Shown: positions 9,866 through 20,760, numbered from the stretch's first letter. The stretch is 56,732 bases of DNA from a virus (IMGVR_UViG_3300010373_000055:1-56732), one strand, 5' to 3'. Numbers and translations: made by a program. The notes: generated from the sequence alone by a model not told the origin.

Positions 9866-10863
9866 AAACAATTAGATTCATATTACCGGGGTTACTTACA
9901 GCCAGCTTGGCATTTAGCGCTTGTGGTGAAAAGGAAACGCCGGAACACAAGGCATTGAAGCAGAGCCAGCAGTCTTGTCCGAGCGCAGCAGCAGGCAACG
10001 GGGCAATGGGTGTCTGTGCACCAGTCAAAATCAAGCAGGGCTTAGCAGCGCCACAGAGTAAGCGCTTTGGAGCGTTTCTCTCGCACGCAATCCAGTATCC
10101 AGATTTGAGCAACAATGATCCCGTGTCATGCCGAGGCATGGCAAGGATAAAGGCGCACGGACACCCAGGTGTAATTTTGAAGGCTAACCAGGGAACAGGA
10201 TTTATAGATGCCACATTTATCGGTATGGCTAAGTGTGCCCGCGCGCTTGGAATGGCAGTCGGCGGTTACGATTTCGTTTCATCCTATAATGCCTCTGAGG
10301 CTTACACTTTTATCAACCGACTCCGAGCCGCAGGAATCACACGTAACACTAGACGAACATTCCCGCCCACGCTTGACGTAGAGTACGGGGCGTTCAATTA
10401 TGCAGGATTAGAACACATGGTGCACATACTAAGGAGGACATATGGAAGGGTCAATATTTATAACGGCCAGTGGTACTACACGCCGCACGCTGGTTGTCGG
10501 TGGGTGCGAGGTACAACTGCATGGCTGGCTGGATATCCCAGCGCTCCGATCCCATGTGGGGTCCCGCGCAGTGCTTACAACTCACATCAGTTCTCCTCCA
10601 CTGCCTATAACGGGGCACTTTCGGGGGATATGAGCCTGTGGTTACGGAATACCAGCGCTTTTCAGACCTTTACCCAGCAGTCAGTACCTCACCCAACAAA
10701 AAATACAAGAGCAAAATTGATCGCGCAGCGTGAAGTAATTCGCGCTTTGATTCGCAAGCACAATTGCAAACCAGGACCACCTAAACCAATTACCTACCGG
10801 CACGCTTGTAAGGCATGGATCGCTAAAGGCGCCAAGATCAACCGCGAATTGAGGAACGCATGA
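9862..10863 (+). CDS. endolysin, GH25 muramidase with lipoprotein-type signal peptide
   Basis: YPDLS, ILKANQG, GGYDF, TLDVE, WLAGY and HQFSS GH25 motifs; N-terminus MKTIRFILPGLLTASLAFSAC. Confidence 0.8.
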   Translation: MKTIRFILPGLLTASLAFSACGEKETPEHKALKQSQQSCPSAAAGNGAMGVCAPVKIKQGLAAPQSKRFGAFLSHAIQYPDLSNNDPVSCRGMARIKAHGHPGVILKANQGTGFIDATFIGMAKCARALGMAVGGYDFVSSYNASEAYTFINRLRAAGITRNTRRTFPPTLDVEYGAFNYAGLEHMVHILRRTYGRVNIYNGQWYYTPHAGCRWVRGTTAWLAGYPSAPIPCGVPRSAYNSHQFSSTAYNGALSGDMSLWLRNTSAFQTFTQQSVPHPTKNTRAKLIAQREVIRALIRKHNCKPGPPKPITYRHACKAWIAKGAKINRELRNA

Positions 10864-11705
10864 CACCTACAGATGGTGGTTTGCATTTGGGTAAGAAGCC
10901 AGCGAGCTTCGATAAGCGCGATACGCTCTGGTCTGATTTTCGTCCTGGGCTAGTGCGCGCAGGTCTCCTGCCAAAAATACCGACTATACCGTGGGGTCAT
11001 GGAAATGACTTCTTAGGTGAAGAGTGGATGATGTTGGGCAATGGTCCTGACGAGTCTGTAGCGCCCGGATTCGATGGCTGCGGGGACTGTGCGTGGGCCG
11101 GACCTGCGCATGAGCATATGGCATTTGCCCGCAATGCAGTCAACGCCATACCGCCGTTCAAAGGTGACTGTGTTGTAACTGAATATGAACGGTACAGTGG
11201 ATTCAAACGTGAGACACTAGAAAATGACAACGGAACTGATTTGCATGAGCTATGCAAATGGCGCCAGAAGAAGGGCATCACGGATGACAATGGTGCAAAG
11301 CACTTCATTGGAGATTACATCTTTGGCGAGCCTCGCAACGTGCAGGACTTGCTGGAGATTGCTTATCTCTTTGAGTGTGCTGGAATTGGGATTGAATTTC
11401 CCGATACCGCCGACGCGCAGTTTGCACGCAATAAGCCTTGGTCGTATGTCGGCGGCTACCAGATCATAGGTGGGCACTACATACCTGTAATGGGAAGGCC
11501 AAGGGAAGGTGTTACCGCTCTCATCACTTGGGCACGTCGGCAGCTTATGACGTATAAGTTCTTTGAACACTTCAATGATGAGATCATCGCCTATGTTACC
11601 CAGGAGATGTTCAACAAAGTAACAGGCAAGACGTGGGAGGGACACAAAGCGGAACAGCTAGAGGAATATCTCCATCTGGTTGCGAAAGCGAAGATGAACG
11701 CATAA
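10860..11705 (+). CDS. papain-fold cysteine peptidase-like protein
   Basis: MLGN...GDCAWAG, DNGT, GGHYIP, ITW. Confidence 0.65.
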   Translation: MTPTDGGLHLGKKPASFDKRDTLWSDFRPGLVRAGLLPKIPTIPWGHGNDFLGEEWMMLGNGPDESVAPGFDGCGDCAWAGPAHEHMAFARNAVNAIPPFKGDCVVTEYERYSGFKRETLENDNGTDLHELCKWRQKKGITDDNGAKHFIGDYIFGEPRNVQDLLEIAYLFECAGIGIEFPDTADAQFARNKPWSYVGGYQIIGGHYIPVMGRPREGVTALITWARRQLMTYKFFEHFNDEIIAYVTQEMFNKVTGKTWEGHKAEQLEEYLHLVAKAKMNA

Positions 11706-12070
11706 TGGGAATGGATTGGCATACAACCCGAGAGTTGCACAAGGTAAGACGTGAAATCAAAGAACTCAGAGAGGTAATTGATATAGTCATGAGCGAACTC
11801 CAGGACACAATTGTAGCGTTTGAAAACCTCAAGACAGACTTGGCGAGCAAGTTTACAGAAATCAAAGATGAGATCAACCTGCTTGCGCAGGAACACAACA
11901 TCCCCGCAGAAAAACTCGAAGCCCTGCGTGGAATGGTGAAAGACCTTGACGACGCCGTGACAGGGTTCAAAGCCACTCCAGAAGAGGCCAAAAAAGAAGA
12001 ACCCGAAACCAAAACAGAACCGCCAGCCGAACCGACGGAAGAAAAACCCGCGCCCACGGAAGGCGAATAA
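11705..12070 (+). CDS. coiled-coil protein with Pro/Glu-rich tail
   Basis: TAATG coupling, heptad pattern. Confidence 0.6.
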   Translation: MGMDWHTTRELHKVRREIKELREVIDIVMSELQDTIVAFENLKTDLASKFTEIKDEINLLAQEHNIPAEKLEALRGMVKDLDDAVTGFKATPEEAKKEEPETKTEPPAEPTEEKPAPTEGE

Positions 12071-12076
12071 ACTAAA

Positions 12077-13603
12077 ATGAAGGTAAGGGCAAAAACCCCC
12101 ACGTCTGTGCGTGACATCGTTGCGGCGGCTGGCCCTGAGCTAGTCCGGGAAATATCCGGTGGGGGTATTTTGCCAAAGGAGACAGGTCCGCCCACAAAAG
12201 AGATTGGTGCGCAGACGAGCCTGGGTGTTCTCCCTTGGTCTCAGATGTGGGTGGGTGATCCGCTAGAGGTCGTGCCACAGCTAATGTGGCCGCAGAGTGT
12301 GTGGACCTACGCTGCGATGATGAATGATTCGCAGCTAGATGGGTTACACATAGGCAGTACCATACCAATACGCAGGTATAACTGGTTCATCGACCCGAAT
12401 GGATGTGATCCGAAAGCAGTAAAGAAGCTCGCGGCGGACTTCAATTTACCTCTTGAAGGCGAAGAAGATCAGCCGCGTGGACGCCTGCGCAAGCGCTTTA
12501 GCCATGATAAGCATATGTTCCATGCGTTCAAGGCGCTTGCGTTTGGCTTCTATTACATGGAGACATGCGGGGAAATACAGGATGATGGTCTCTGGCACAT
12601 GACAAAGTTGTCTCCGAGGCCCCCGCTTACCATTATGGACTTCGATATCGACGGTACAGGTGAATTAGTGGCAATTCGCCAGAATATCACGCAGCCAGGC
12701 GTTCCGGTGCAGCCGATTCCCGCGAGTAGGCTTGTGAAGTACATTTGGGAACAGGAGGGCGCAAACTGGACCGGACACAGTATGATGCGCTCTTTGTACC
12801 GAAATTGGCTGATAAAGGACCGTTTGCTCAGGGTAGATGCGCTAAAGCATGAGCGAAATGGCATGGGAATACCAAAGACTAAAGCTGCTCCAGGCGCAAG
12901 CAAAGTCGAGATGGAAGCCCTCAGCCGCGCAGCGCAGCAGGCGAAGGCAGGAGATGTTAGTGGTGTAACACTGCCGGACGGCAGCGATATGGAATTGATG
13001 GGGGTAAAAGGAACGCTGCCGGACACGATTGCCAGCATAAATTACCATGATGAGGCGATGGCGCGCAAGTATTTGATGATGTTTATGCAGCTTGGCTCGA
13101 CATTGCACGGAAGCCGGGCGCTAGGCAGTGAGTTTATTGACTATTTCCAGCTTGCACAGGAGACTTTGGCAAATTGGTATCGAGATACCACTAACGAGGA
13201 TGTAATTGAGGAGAATTGGCTCTGGAACTACGGAGAGACCGACACAGTACCGAGACTAGAATACCACCGCGAAGATGACCCGCTGCTTGCTATCGAACCG
13301 CTCGTCAAATGCGTGGAAAATGGCATTATCCGCGTAGATGACGAACTAGAGGAGACAGTACGCGAAGCTATGGACATATCTAGCTTCAAAGGGCCTGAGA
13401 GAGAGATGAAGCTACCGCCGATGATCTCGAAAACCAATAAAGACTTGCCAATACCTGGAGCACCGTGCACCCCATCGGCTCCAGATGAAGGCGGCGGTAC
13501 GCCTCCCACTGCGGCCACGGCAAGGCGGTTGGGGCGCGTGGGTCGGTGGCGGAAGGGTCTGGCTCGCGCGCTCCAGCCAAATGAGGAGAAAAACGATGCC
13601 TAG
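12077..13603 (+). CDS. portal protein (Mu gp29/DUF935-like)
   Basis: ALAFGF, NWTGHSMMRSLYRNW, ERNGMGIP, GSRALG; size and position. Confidence 0.88.
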   Translation: MKVRAKTPTSVRDIVAAAGPELVREISGGGILPKETGPPTKEIGAQTSLGVLPWSQMWVGDPLEVVPQLMWPQSVWTYAAMMNDSQLDGLHIGSTIPIRRYNWFIDPNGCDPKAVKKLAADFNLPLEGEEDQPRGRLRKRFSHDKHMFHAFKALAFGFYYMETCGEIQDDGLWHMTKLSPRPPLTIMDFDIDGTGELVAIRQNITQPGVPVQPIPASRLVKYIWEQEGANWTGHSMMRSLYRNWLIKDRLLRVDALKHERNGMGIPKTKAAPGASKVEMEALSRAAQQAKAGDVSGVTLPDGSDMELMGVKGTLPDTIASINYHDEAMARKYLMMFMQLGSTLHGSRALGSEFIDYFQLAQETLANWYRDTTNEDVIEENWLWNYGETDTVPRLEYHREDDPLLAIEPLVKCVENGIIRVDDELEETVREAMDISSFKGPEREMKLPPMISKTNKDLPIPGAPCTPSAPDEGGGTPPTAATARRLGRVGRWRKGLARALQPNEEKNDA

Positions 13604-15086
13604 CAGTTTGGTAACAATCCCCAAAGTCGAGCTAGTTTCCACTGGCGAGTGGGAGACCGCCATGACTGGGACGATTACGATTGTTGAGAAAGACCTCAAA
13701 GCGATTATTGCTAGCTTAGATGATCCTGCGGTCAAGGAGCCACGCCTGATAATTGGGCACACTGAGCTAGATTCTCCCGGTATGACTCCGTATGGTAATG
13801 AAGGGTTTTTTGGAGAGCAGCCATCGCTAGGCAAGTTCACGAACCTACAGCTTACCAATAACTGACAGACAATTTCTGCTGATCTAGTCGGCGTGCCGAA
13901 GTGGCTGGCTGAGATCATGCCCACAGCTTACGCTAGCAGGAGCGTTGAGGTTTGGAGAGATGTTATCTCCGCTACTGGCGCCAAACATAGTGCGATCATG
14001 CCACGTGTTGCTCTGCTAGGTATAAGTCTTCCAGCAGTCGCTACGAATGAGGACTTACAGATTATGTTCTCAGCCGAGGGACCGGAAGGAGTTGAAGTAA
14101 GGTCGGTTGGAGAGAAGGTGGCCGCATCGAGAGGAGTGACTATGCCAAAAATAGTCGCGGCGAGCGTGCAGTATGAGGACGTTCGGCGTGACTTCTACAA
14201 AGACTTTGCCACTGAGGAAAGTGGGCGATATTGGTGGTGGGTTTGTTCAGTGTATGTTGACCCACCACTGCTAATTGTCGATGATGATGAAGAAAACCTA
14301 TGGGCCGTGCCTTATTCAGTCGCAGGCGAGGGCGTCGAGTTCGGAGACCCAGTAAAAGTCAAAGTTCAGTACGCGGAGGATGATGGCGCAATTGCAGCAA
14401 GCGCAGGAGTGGAAAACTTCGATACTGGGCGCAGGTATTCGATGGCTGCAAGTCGGCCACCGGATCGAATCAGAATGGAGACGAACAAAGTGGATCTCAA
14501 AAAGCTCCGCGAGCGCCTTCAGCTGACTGAGGAGCAGTTGCCTGACGACGCAACCGATGAGCAGATAAACGCGGCGCTCGACATCGAGCTTCCCGAGCCA
14601 GAGGTCAAAGAGCCCGAGGCAAAAGAGGATGATGCCAAAACGGAGCCCGCAGAGTAAGTAAAAGAGGCCGTGCCCGAGGGTGAACCTGTCGCCGCTAGCG
14701 GTGTTACGGTTGACCGTGCGGCATGGGAGGAGACTCAGCGGACGATTGCTGATCTCACAAAAGAACGTGAAGAGCGCGTTGGCACAGACGATGTGGATTA
14801 CGTTGCCGCTTGCGTCAAAGAAGGTAAGATTCCGCCCGCCCGACGGGATCATTACATAAAACTAATGGGCAAGGATCGCACAGGCACACGCGAGTTTTTG
14901 GCGAGCCTGGAGGCCGGGGCAATTCCTGTGAAAGGTACAGAGATTGGCACGGCCGAGGACAACGCTGACGGAATTACCGGCGAGGCTTACGAGCTAAACT
15001 GGTTGAATGATGATGAGCGCGACCGTGTAATGGCGGCACGTTCAGGTAAAACGGGTAATCGCCCACGAATCATAGCGGAGGCATAA
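13596..15086 (+). CDS. capsid maturation protease/scaffold (Mu gpI-like); in-frame TGA at 13863 and TAA at 14655
   Basis: Three ORF-track pieces share one frame; VELVSTGEW, LIIGH, YASRSVE, VALLG.SLPAV, GKIPPARRDHY. Confidence 0.82.
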
Positions 15087-15089
15087 ATT

Positions 15090-15863
15090 ATGCCTGAACT
15101 AGAGTGCATTCCACTCTTTGAATCTGCCGACCGCGTAACGGTTGGCTGTGTCGGAGAAATCAAGGGTAAGAGGTTCGTGGCCCCGGTGGAGCTTCCGCTG
15201 AGCGGTCCCGGTATGCCTCTAGCCGCGCAGGTCGGAGCGTCCGATCCTGTAGACGGTGGAAACCTCATGTGTGCGACGTGCCCTGCCGGTGCAAGGGCTC
15301 TCGGAGTTAGCACATGGACTGGCAAGGAAGCTGAAAAGATAGGTGCAATCACTGAGGGTATTGTGCCGGTAACGGCAGGAGAAAACCTGGAAACAGGTGA
15401 AGAGATATCCGTTGGTGCAGAAGGCAAGGCGGTAAAAGCAGCGGCCACGAACGCGACCGCAGCTAGCATCGAAATCATGAAAGTCGCGGAAGGTAACGGC
15501 ATCAAGCTAACTGCTGTAAAACCTGGACCTTCGGAACTCAAAGTGATCGTGACGATGACGGGTAAAGAAACTGCCTTCACCGTCAAAACCGCCGCCAAAG
15601 TAATGACAATAAACCTACCGACCAACAAAGAAGAAAAATCAACCGTGACGGCAGCGGAATTGATTGCACTTCTGAATGCAAACTCGGTTGCATTGGAAAG
15701 CGTTTTCGCGGCCAATGCAAAAACCTCCAAAGGCGCGTTCCTGACGGAAGCCGTCGCTGAAACAGCGGCACTTGCAGGAGGCACGGCGGCAAACACACCT
15801 GTTGGTTTGGTTTGCATTGGCGCTACGTCCGGCAACGATGCTTACGTCAAGCTGCACTGCTAG
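15090..15863 (+). CDS. capsid decoration/cement protein (DUF2190-like) with internal insertion
   Basis: ALGVS...GIVPVTAGENL..GEEISVGAEGKAVK ... VGLVCIGATSG. Confidence 0.65.
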   Translation: MPELECIPLFESADRVTVGCVGEIKGKRFVAPVELPLSGPGMPLAAQVGASDPVDGGNLMCATCPAGARALGVSTWTGKEAEKIGAITEGIVPVTAGENLETGEEISVGAEGKAVKAAATNATAASIEIMKVAEGNGIKLTAVKPGPSELKVIVTMTGKETAFTVKTAAKVMTINLPTNKEEKSTVTAAELIALLNANSVALESVFAANAKTSKGAFLTEAVAETAALAGGTAANTPVGLVCIGATSGNDAYVKLHC

Positions 15864-15882
15864 GAAGGATGTGAATAACTAA

Positions 15883-16791
15883 ATGCCAAGTGTACCAGCA
15901 GCAGTACAGCATCCACTAGGGCCTCCGACAGTATCGGGAAGCCTTATCACGGTGGATCTTATGCTGAACCAGCCAACGCGGGTTACACGTATGATAATGG
16001 ATCTTTCTTTGCAGAGGTTCATTGCTGACCGTGTATTTGCATCGGCTGGCGGTGTAACAGGTGGAGCGGTCGTTTACGACCAGGCTCTAACCAACCAGTT
16101 GTACCTCACGCGCGACGTGCAGCGTGTGGCACCTGGCGAGGAATACCCGCTGGTTACGTCAGAACGTGTCACCCCGAAGGTAGCTGAAGTTGAAAAGTGG
16201 GGTGGTAAGGTATACGTTACTGATGAGGCCCGCGAACGTAATGATTCGGTCGGACTCACGAACCAGCTTCGCCAGCTAACTAACACAATCATCCGTAAGA
16301 TCAATGCCCGCGCAATTGCCGAGTTGGAGAAAGCGCTTGCGCTGTTCCCCAGCCAGACATACTCCGGGCATGACTGGAATACCTACAAACCAGCCGGTAC
16401 GGAACCGAGCCTTCTTGGTAACTCTCCGTATGCGGATCTGCTGACCGCTCAGATGTTGGCTGATAAAGATGAGCTTGGTGTTACATATGACACCATTCTC
16501 CTCAATCCTCTCAACGTGCTGCGTCTGCGTCAGCTTTACACTTCGACTCTGATCCAGGGGTTGGAGGACATAAATCTCACGGTGTTCTCATCAAACCGTG
16601 TGGCAGTCGGAACGGGTTACATCGTTGCCAGCCAGCTGGTTGGTGAGATGCGCCTGGAGAAGGTTCTAGGCACCGAGACGTGGCGGGAGCAGAGCACGGA
16701 GCGTAATTGGATACAGGCAAGTGTGCGTCCGGTTATGTATGTTACCAATCCGTTCTCTGTTCGTAAGATTACCGGCATAGGAGTTACGTGA
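15883..16791 (+). CDS. major capsid protein (HK97 fold)
   Basis: VAPGEEYP, KVAEVEKWGGKVYVTDEA, DTILLNP, VTNPFSVRKITG; position. Confidence 0.88.
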   Translation: MPSVPAAVQHPLGPPTVSGSLITVDLMLNQPTRVTRMIMDLSLQRFIADRVFASAGGVTGGAVVYDQALTNQLYLTRDVQRVAPGEEYPLVTSERVTPKVAEVEKWGGKVYVTDEARERNDSVGLTNQLRQLTNTIIRKINARAIAELEKALALFPSQTYSGHDWNTYKPAGTEPSLLGNSPYADLLTAQMLADKDELGVTYDTILLNPLNVLRLRQLYTSTLIQGLEDINLTVFSSNRVAVGTGYIVASQLVGEMRLEKVLGTETWREQSTERNWIQASVRPVMYVTNPFSVRKITGIGVT

Positions 16792-16795
16792 TCTT

Positions 16796-17290
16796 ATGGG
16801 TGAGGTATGTATTCGCCACGGACTGTTTCGTTATCACCATCCCGAGACGCAGATTGTCGGCGGGGAGGAAAAGAAAGTGCTCGTTGAGCGCATGGCGTTC
16901 CATAACGAAATAGTCGATATTCCCCGCGAGGCAGACATCGAACGGGGTGAATCAATGGGTGCTTTCTGGTCGGTAGAGCAGGCCCGCGAGCACTATGCCA
17001 TGATAGGGGTTCCAGCACCTGGGCTAGGCGCACCTGCGCCAGTCGAGGAGGTTGTGGTTGAGCAGGAAGTCGATCTGGCCGACCTACCTGATGACGAGTT
17101 GGTAGATTGGATAATGTCCACAGGACGTTTCGACGGACAGCCAACGCCCACTGTTGCGCAGGTTGTAGAAGCCAGTGATGGCGATCCAGCGATGGCTACA
17201 AGGCTCGAAGAGGCAGAGAAGCGCGCCAGTGGAGACGCACCACGAGCCGGGGTCATCCAGGGTCTGGAGAAGGTAAAGGAAGGCGCTTAG
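16796..17290 (+). CDS. acidic head-associated hypothetical protein
   Basis: Follows MCP; C-terminal EAEK...PRAGVIQGL motif. Confidence 0.6.
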   Translation: MGEVCIRHGLFRYHHPETQIVGGEEKKVLVERMAFHNEIVDIPREADIERGESMGAFWSVEQAREHYAMIGVPAPGLGAPAPVEEVVVEQEVDLADLPDDELVDWIMSTGRFDGQPTPTVAQVVEASDGDPAMATRLEEAEKRASGDAPRAGVIQGLEKVKEGA

Positions 17291-17296
17291 GTAAAA

Positions 17297-17779
17297 ATGC
17301 CCGTACTTGATTACACACCAACAGTAAAGGAAGTGGCCGCAATTCTCCACGCGCGCACTACTTCTCGGGGTGGAGGAGAGGCGGGCACTTTTACTGCCAA
17401 TACCAGGCCGACGCAGGAACAGGTCGAAGAAGTAATCAAAGATATCGTACAGGAGTGTTACACATCATTTGGACAGGATATACCTGATTCAAAGGGAGAT
17501 GAAAAGGACGCGCTACGAAATGCAGCCAAACGAGTAGTAGCGATGGGAGTTGCCGCAGAAATTGAGATCAGCTATTTCCCTGAGCAGGTTGCAACGCAGC
17601 GGAGCCCATACAAGATGTATCAGGAACGGTATCAGGAAGGTGTAAAGAAAATAAGCCGCGCAGTAGCTGATCTAGAATCAGGAGCAGAACCGGGTACAGA
17701 TGACAATGCTCAGCTTGCTTTGAGCGAAGGATTCCCGGTCGATGTCGGCGGCATGGTTGGTTGGGATACACTGTGGTAA
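17297..17779 (+). CDS. head-tail adaptor
   Basis: Helical, AAEIEISYFPEQ; position. Confidence 0.65.
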   Translation: MPVLDYTPTVKEVAAILHARTTSRGGGEAGTFTANTRPTQEQVEEVIKDIVQECYTSFGQDIPDSKGDEKDALRNAAKRVVAMGVAAEIEISYFPEQVATQRSPYKMYQERYQEGVKKISRAVADLESGAEPGTDDNAQLALSEGFPVDVGGMVGWDTLW

Positions 17780-18292
17780 TTCGTGCTCAGCTAGTTGGCG
17801 CTAAGCGCGTCAAAGATCGTCTTGAGGGGATGGTGATTCGTGCTGCCGACCCCTCGCCCATTTGGGAGAAGATTCATGATTACCTAATGGGTATCTCGGA
17901 AGAACAGTTTTTGACCGAGGGAGGACGCGGCGGTGAGGCGTGGGCTGATTTAGTAACGAGCACGGTGGAAGCGAAGATGCGCGAAGGGATGCGTCCCGAG
18001 ATTCTACGGCGTGAAGATACACTGTTTGATTCTAGCTTCCGAGGGTAATTTCCATGTGAAGAAGATAACTCCAGATTCTCTCCTATTTGGTACAAGTGAT
18101 CCAATAGGAGTATTTCACCAGGAAGGCACAATCCATTTGCCTGCACGTCCGCCTATCGCCTTGACGGATGATGACAGGATGCGGATAACAGAGGCAGTCA
18201 ACGCTTGGATATTCTTAGGTGTTGCAGCTATCAGCGCAGAGGGTGCAACAGGAAGCGCAGCAGCCACAACCGGGGTGGGTTTCTTCCTATGA
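17773..18292 (+). CDS. virion morphogenesis protein (Mu gpG-like), apparent frameshift near 18030
   Basis: EQFLTEG...WADL in one frame continues as FGTSDP..FHQEGT..LPARP in another. Confidence 0.7.
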
Positions 18293-18947
18293 GCCTGTGA
18301 CGATACTACAGAACATCGTTGATGCAAGTGTTCTTATCAACGGTCTACAGAAACACTTAGAACGATGGATTCCGACGTATTTGGCAGAAATTGACGAACA
18401 GCGTGGGCTATCTGAACGTGGATTTACAGAAATACCACGTAGCTTTCAGATCGTGCCCAAATTTGACAACCCTCTACAGGATCAGCTTCCGGCCATGCTG
18501 ATAGTTTGCCCAGGCAATAAAGAACCGCCAACTAAGAGCGGAGATGGTTCCTTTGAAGGAACATATGGCGTGGGAATTGCAGCGCTAGTAAAGGGCCAGG
18601 ATCAGGTCAACGCACAGGAAATAGCCAAGCGGTACGGCGGCGCAATTACTACCGCGATCATGCAGCGCAAGGGACTACAGATGAAACCAGAAATAATTGA
18701 GGATATAGTCCCGCGAGGAGAATCATTTACCGATATAAGCTCTGGAGATTCGCGTACATTAGCAAGCGTAACAGTGCATTTTGATGTTACGCTCAAAGGT
18801 ATATTCAACGAGCGCGGTGGTCCAAAGGCCCCGATACTTGGTGAACCATACGAAAATCCCAAACAGAACCCCACAGAACCATATACCGGGTGGGGCAAAA
18901 TCCCGGATGAAGAACATATCAGTGTTACGCTGGTGAAGAAAAAATGA
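18219..18947 (+). CDS. tail terminator/neck protein (start uncertain, near 18290)
   Basis: Position before the sheath; QLPAMLIV. Confidence 0.6.
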   Translation: MLQLSAQRVQQEAQQPQPGWVSSYEPVTILQNIVDASVLINGLQKHLERWIPTYLAEIDEQRGLSERGFTEIPRSFQIVPKFDNPLQDQLPAMLIVCPGNKEPPTKSGDGSFEGTYGVGIAALVKGQDQVNAQEIAKRYGGAITTAIMQRKGLQMKPEIIEDIVPRGESFTDISSGDSRTLASVTVHFDVTLKGIFNERGGPKAPILGEPYENPKQNPTEPYTGWGKIPDEEHISVTLVKKK

Positions 18948-18957
18948 AAGGCGTAAG

Positions 18958-19284
18958 ATGAGCAATTTCCGGTATATCGGAGCTTCGGCTACCGATCTGG
19001 ACGGTGGGCGTCCTCTGGCTCCGGGAGATTTTACCGGAGACATCGACGTGAGCGAGGACAGCCCAAAGAATAAGCACTTGTTAGATGATGGGTTGCTAAT
19101 TGAGGCACCTGATGGTGTCGAAACCGAGGAGCAGAAAGCTGAAACTGAGTTCCGGGAAAACCGCGAACGCGAAGAAGCTACAGATGGTCCACAGGGCAAA
19201 GAAAAAGATGCGAAAGAACAGCAGGAACAGCTAGACAAAACAATCAAAAAAGAGGAGCCGATCAAAGAAGGTGATGGCGAATGA
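18958..19284 (+). CDS. hypothetical protein
   Basis: DLDGGRPLAPG motif, charged tail. Confidence 0.6.
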   Translation: MSNFRYIGASATDLDGGRPLAPGDFTGDIDVSEDSPKNKHLLDDGLLIEAPDGVETEEQKAETEFRENREREEATDGPQGKEKDAKEQQEQLDKTIKKEEPIKEGDGE

Positions 19285-20744
19285 CGGCAACGCTCCCACG
19301 GCCAGGTTATTCAGTACAGTCTAGCCTCGCGCCGTCGCTCCCCTCTCCGCTAATCCGCACAGGCCGCTGGTTTGTTACCGGATTTACCGAAAAGGGGATG
19401 CTCGAAGCGCAGGTGGTAGGAAGTCTAACGCAGTTTGAAGGGCTATTTGGTAAAAGGCTTTCATACAGCATTTTGTATGATGCTCTGGATGAGTTTTTCT
19501 CCGATGGTGGAGTTGAAGCTATCATCGGTCGCGTTGTCGGACCTTCGGCAAAAACAGGCGAACTCAAATTGGAAGATTCCGGTGCTGCAACCTCGCTAGT
19601 AGTCAAAGCGAGGGGACCCGGCGAATTCAGCAAAGCATGGAAAGTCAAAGTCTACGGTACAGTCGAAAAATTTGGGTTGGAATTGGTCGAAGGTGCAACC
19701 GTTCTCGAAAAATCTCCTGAATTCACGACACAGGCCGCAGCCGTTGCTTGGAGCCTCAACTCACCTTACATCATTGTTACTTTGGGCGCTGGCGTACTAA
19801 ACCCTAAAGCGCAGGAACCAACAATGTCGGAAGGTAAAGATGAACACGGGGCAGCTACGGATGCAACGTGGAAGAATGGTCTAAACCTGTTCACTAAGGA
19901 AATGGGTCCGGGACAGGTAAGCCACGCTGGCCGTACAACCGCGCAGGGTTACATCGACCAGCTAGCTCACGCGTTTGCAAATAACAGGTTCGCCCTGTTG
20001 GATGCTCCAAACAGCGCAACTGCCTCGACGCTGACGGCAGCATCGCTAGCGCTACGTGGGACCAACGATACTTACGGCATGATGCTAGGTCGTTGGCCGG
20101 TTATCCCAGGCATCCTCCCGAACGTGCCGCGAGAAGTTCCGCCAAGTGCAGTTGCAGCGGCGCTTATCGCACGGTCGGAAGCGAATGGTAATTCGCCCAA
20201 CAAGCCAGCAGCAGCAAACAATGGTCGTAGTGTGCGAGCAATTTCTCTAGCGACTCCTCCGTTTGAAGAAGGATCGCTAGGAATCGAAGTCACCCGAGAC
20301 GAAATGTACACCAAGGGAATCAATCTGTTTACCATGGAAGGTACAGTCGTTGACCTCTACGGATGGCGCACTCTAACCGATCCGGCTGGAGCATTGCAGG
20401 ATTGGATAAATGCAGGTAACGCTCGACTACGGATGGCAATTGTTGCTAAGGCAGGCGCAATAGCCAAGTATTATGTTCTCGATGAAGTGGACGGAGCAGG
20501 GATCGTCCTTCACGAATTTGAAGGTGAACTCAAAAATATGCTCGCAGAATACTGGCCCAACAAGGGCTTGTATGGTAAAACGCCAGAGGAAGCGTTCTTG
20601 GTGAATGTCGGTCCAACAATCAATACTCCTGCATCTCTAGCGAACCTAGAAATGAAGGCGGAAATTGGTCTACGGATGAGCCCGGATGCCGAGATGGTAA
20701 TCATACTCATCTCCAAGGTTCCGATAACCCAGCAGTTGGCTTAG
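19281..20744 (+). CDS. tail sheath protein
   Basis: PRPG, FVTGFTEKG, FEGLFG, RFALLDAP, VPPSA, YGWRTL, AFLVNVGPTINT. Confidence 0.92.
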   Translation: MTATLPRPGYSVQSSLAPSLPSPLIRTGRWFVTGFTEKGMLEAQVVGSLTQFEGLFGKRLSYSILYDALDEFFSDGGVEAIIGRVVGPSAKTGELKLEDSGAATSLVVKARGPGEFSKAWKVKVYGTVEKFGLELVEGATVLEKSPEFTTQAAAVAWSLNSPYIIVTLGAGVLNPKAQEPTMSEGKDEHGAATDATWKNGLNLFTKEMGPGQVSHAGRTTAQGYIDQLAHAFANNRFALLDAPNSATASTLTAASLALRGTNDTYGMMLGRWPVIPGILPNVPREVPPSAVAAALIARSEANGNSPNKPAAANNGRSVRAISLATPPFEEGSLGIEVTRDEMYTKGINLFTMEGTVVDLYGWRTLTDPAGALQDWINAGNARLRMAIVAKAGAIAKYYVLDEVDGAGIVLHEFEGELKNMLAEYWPNKGLYGKTPEEAFLVNVGPTINTPASLANLEMKAEIGLRMSPDAEMVIILISKVPITQQLA

Positions 20745-20760
20745 GAAGGGTGTGATATAA

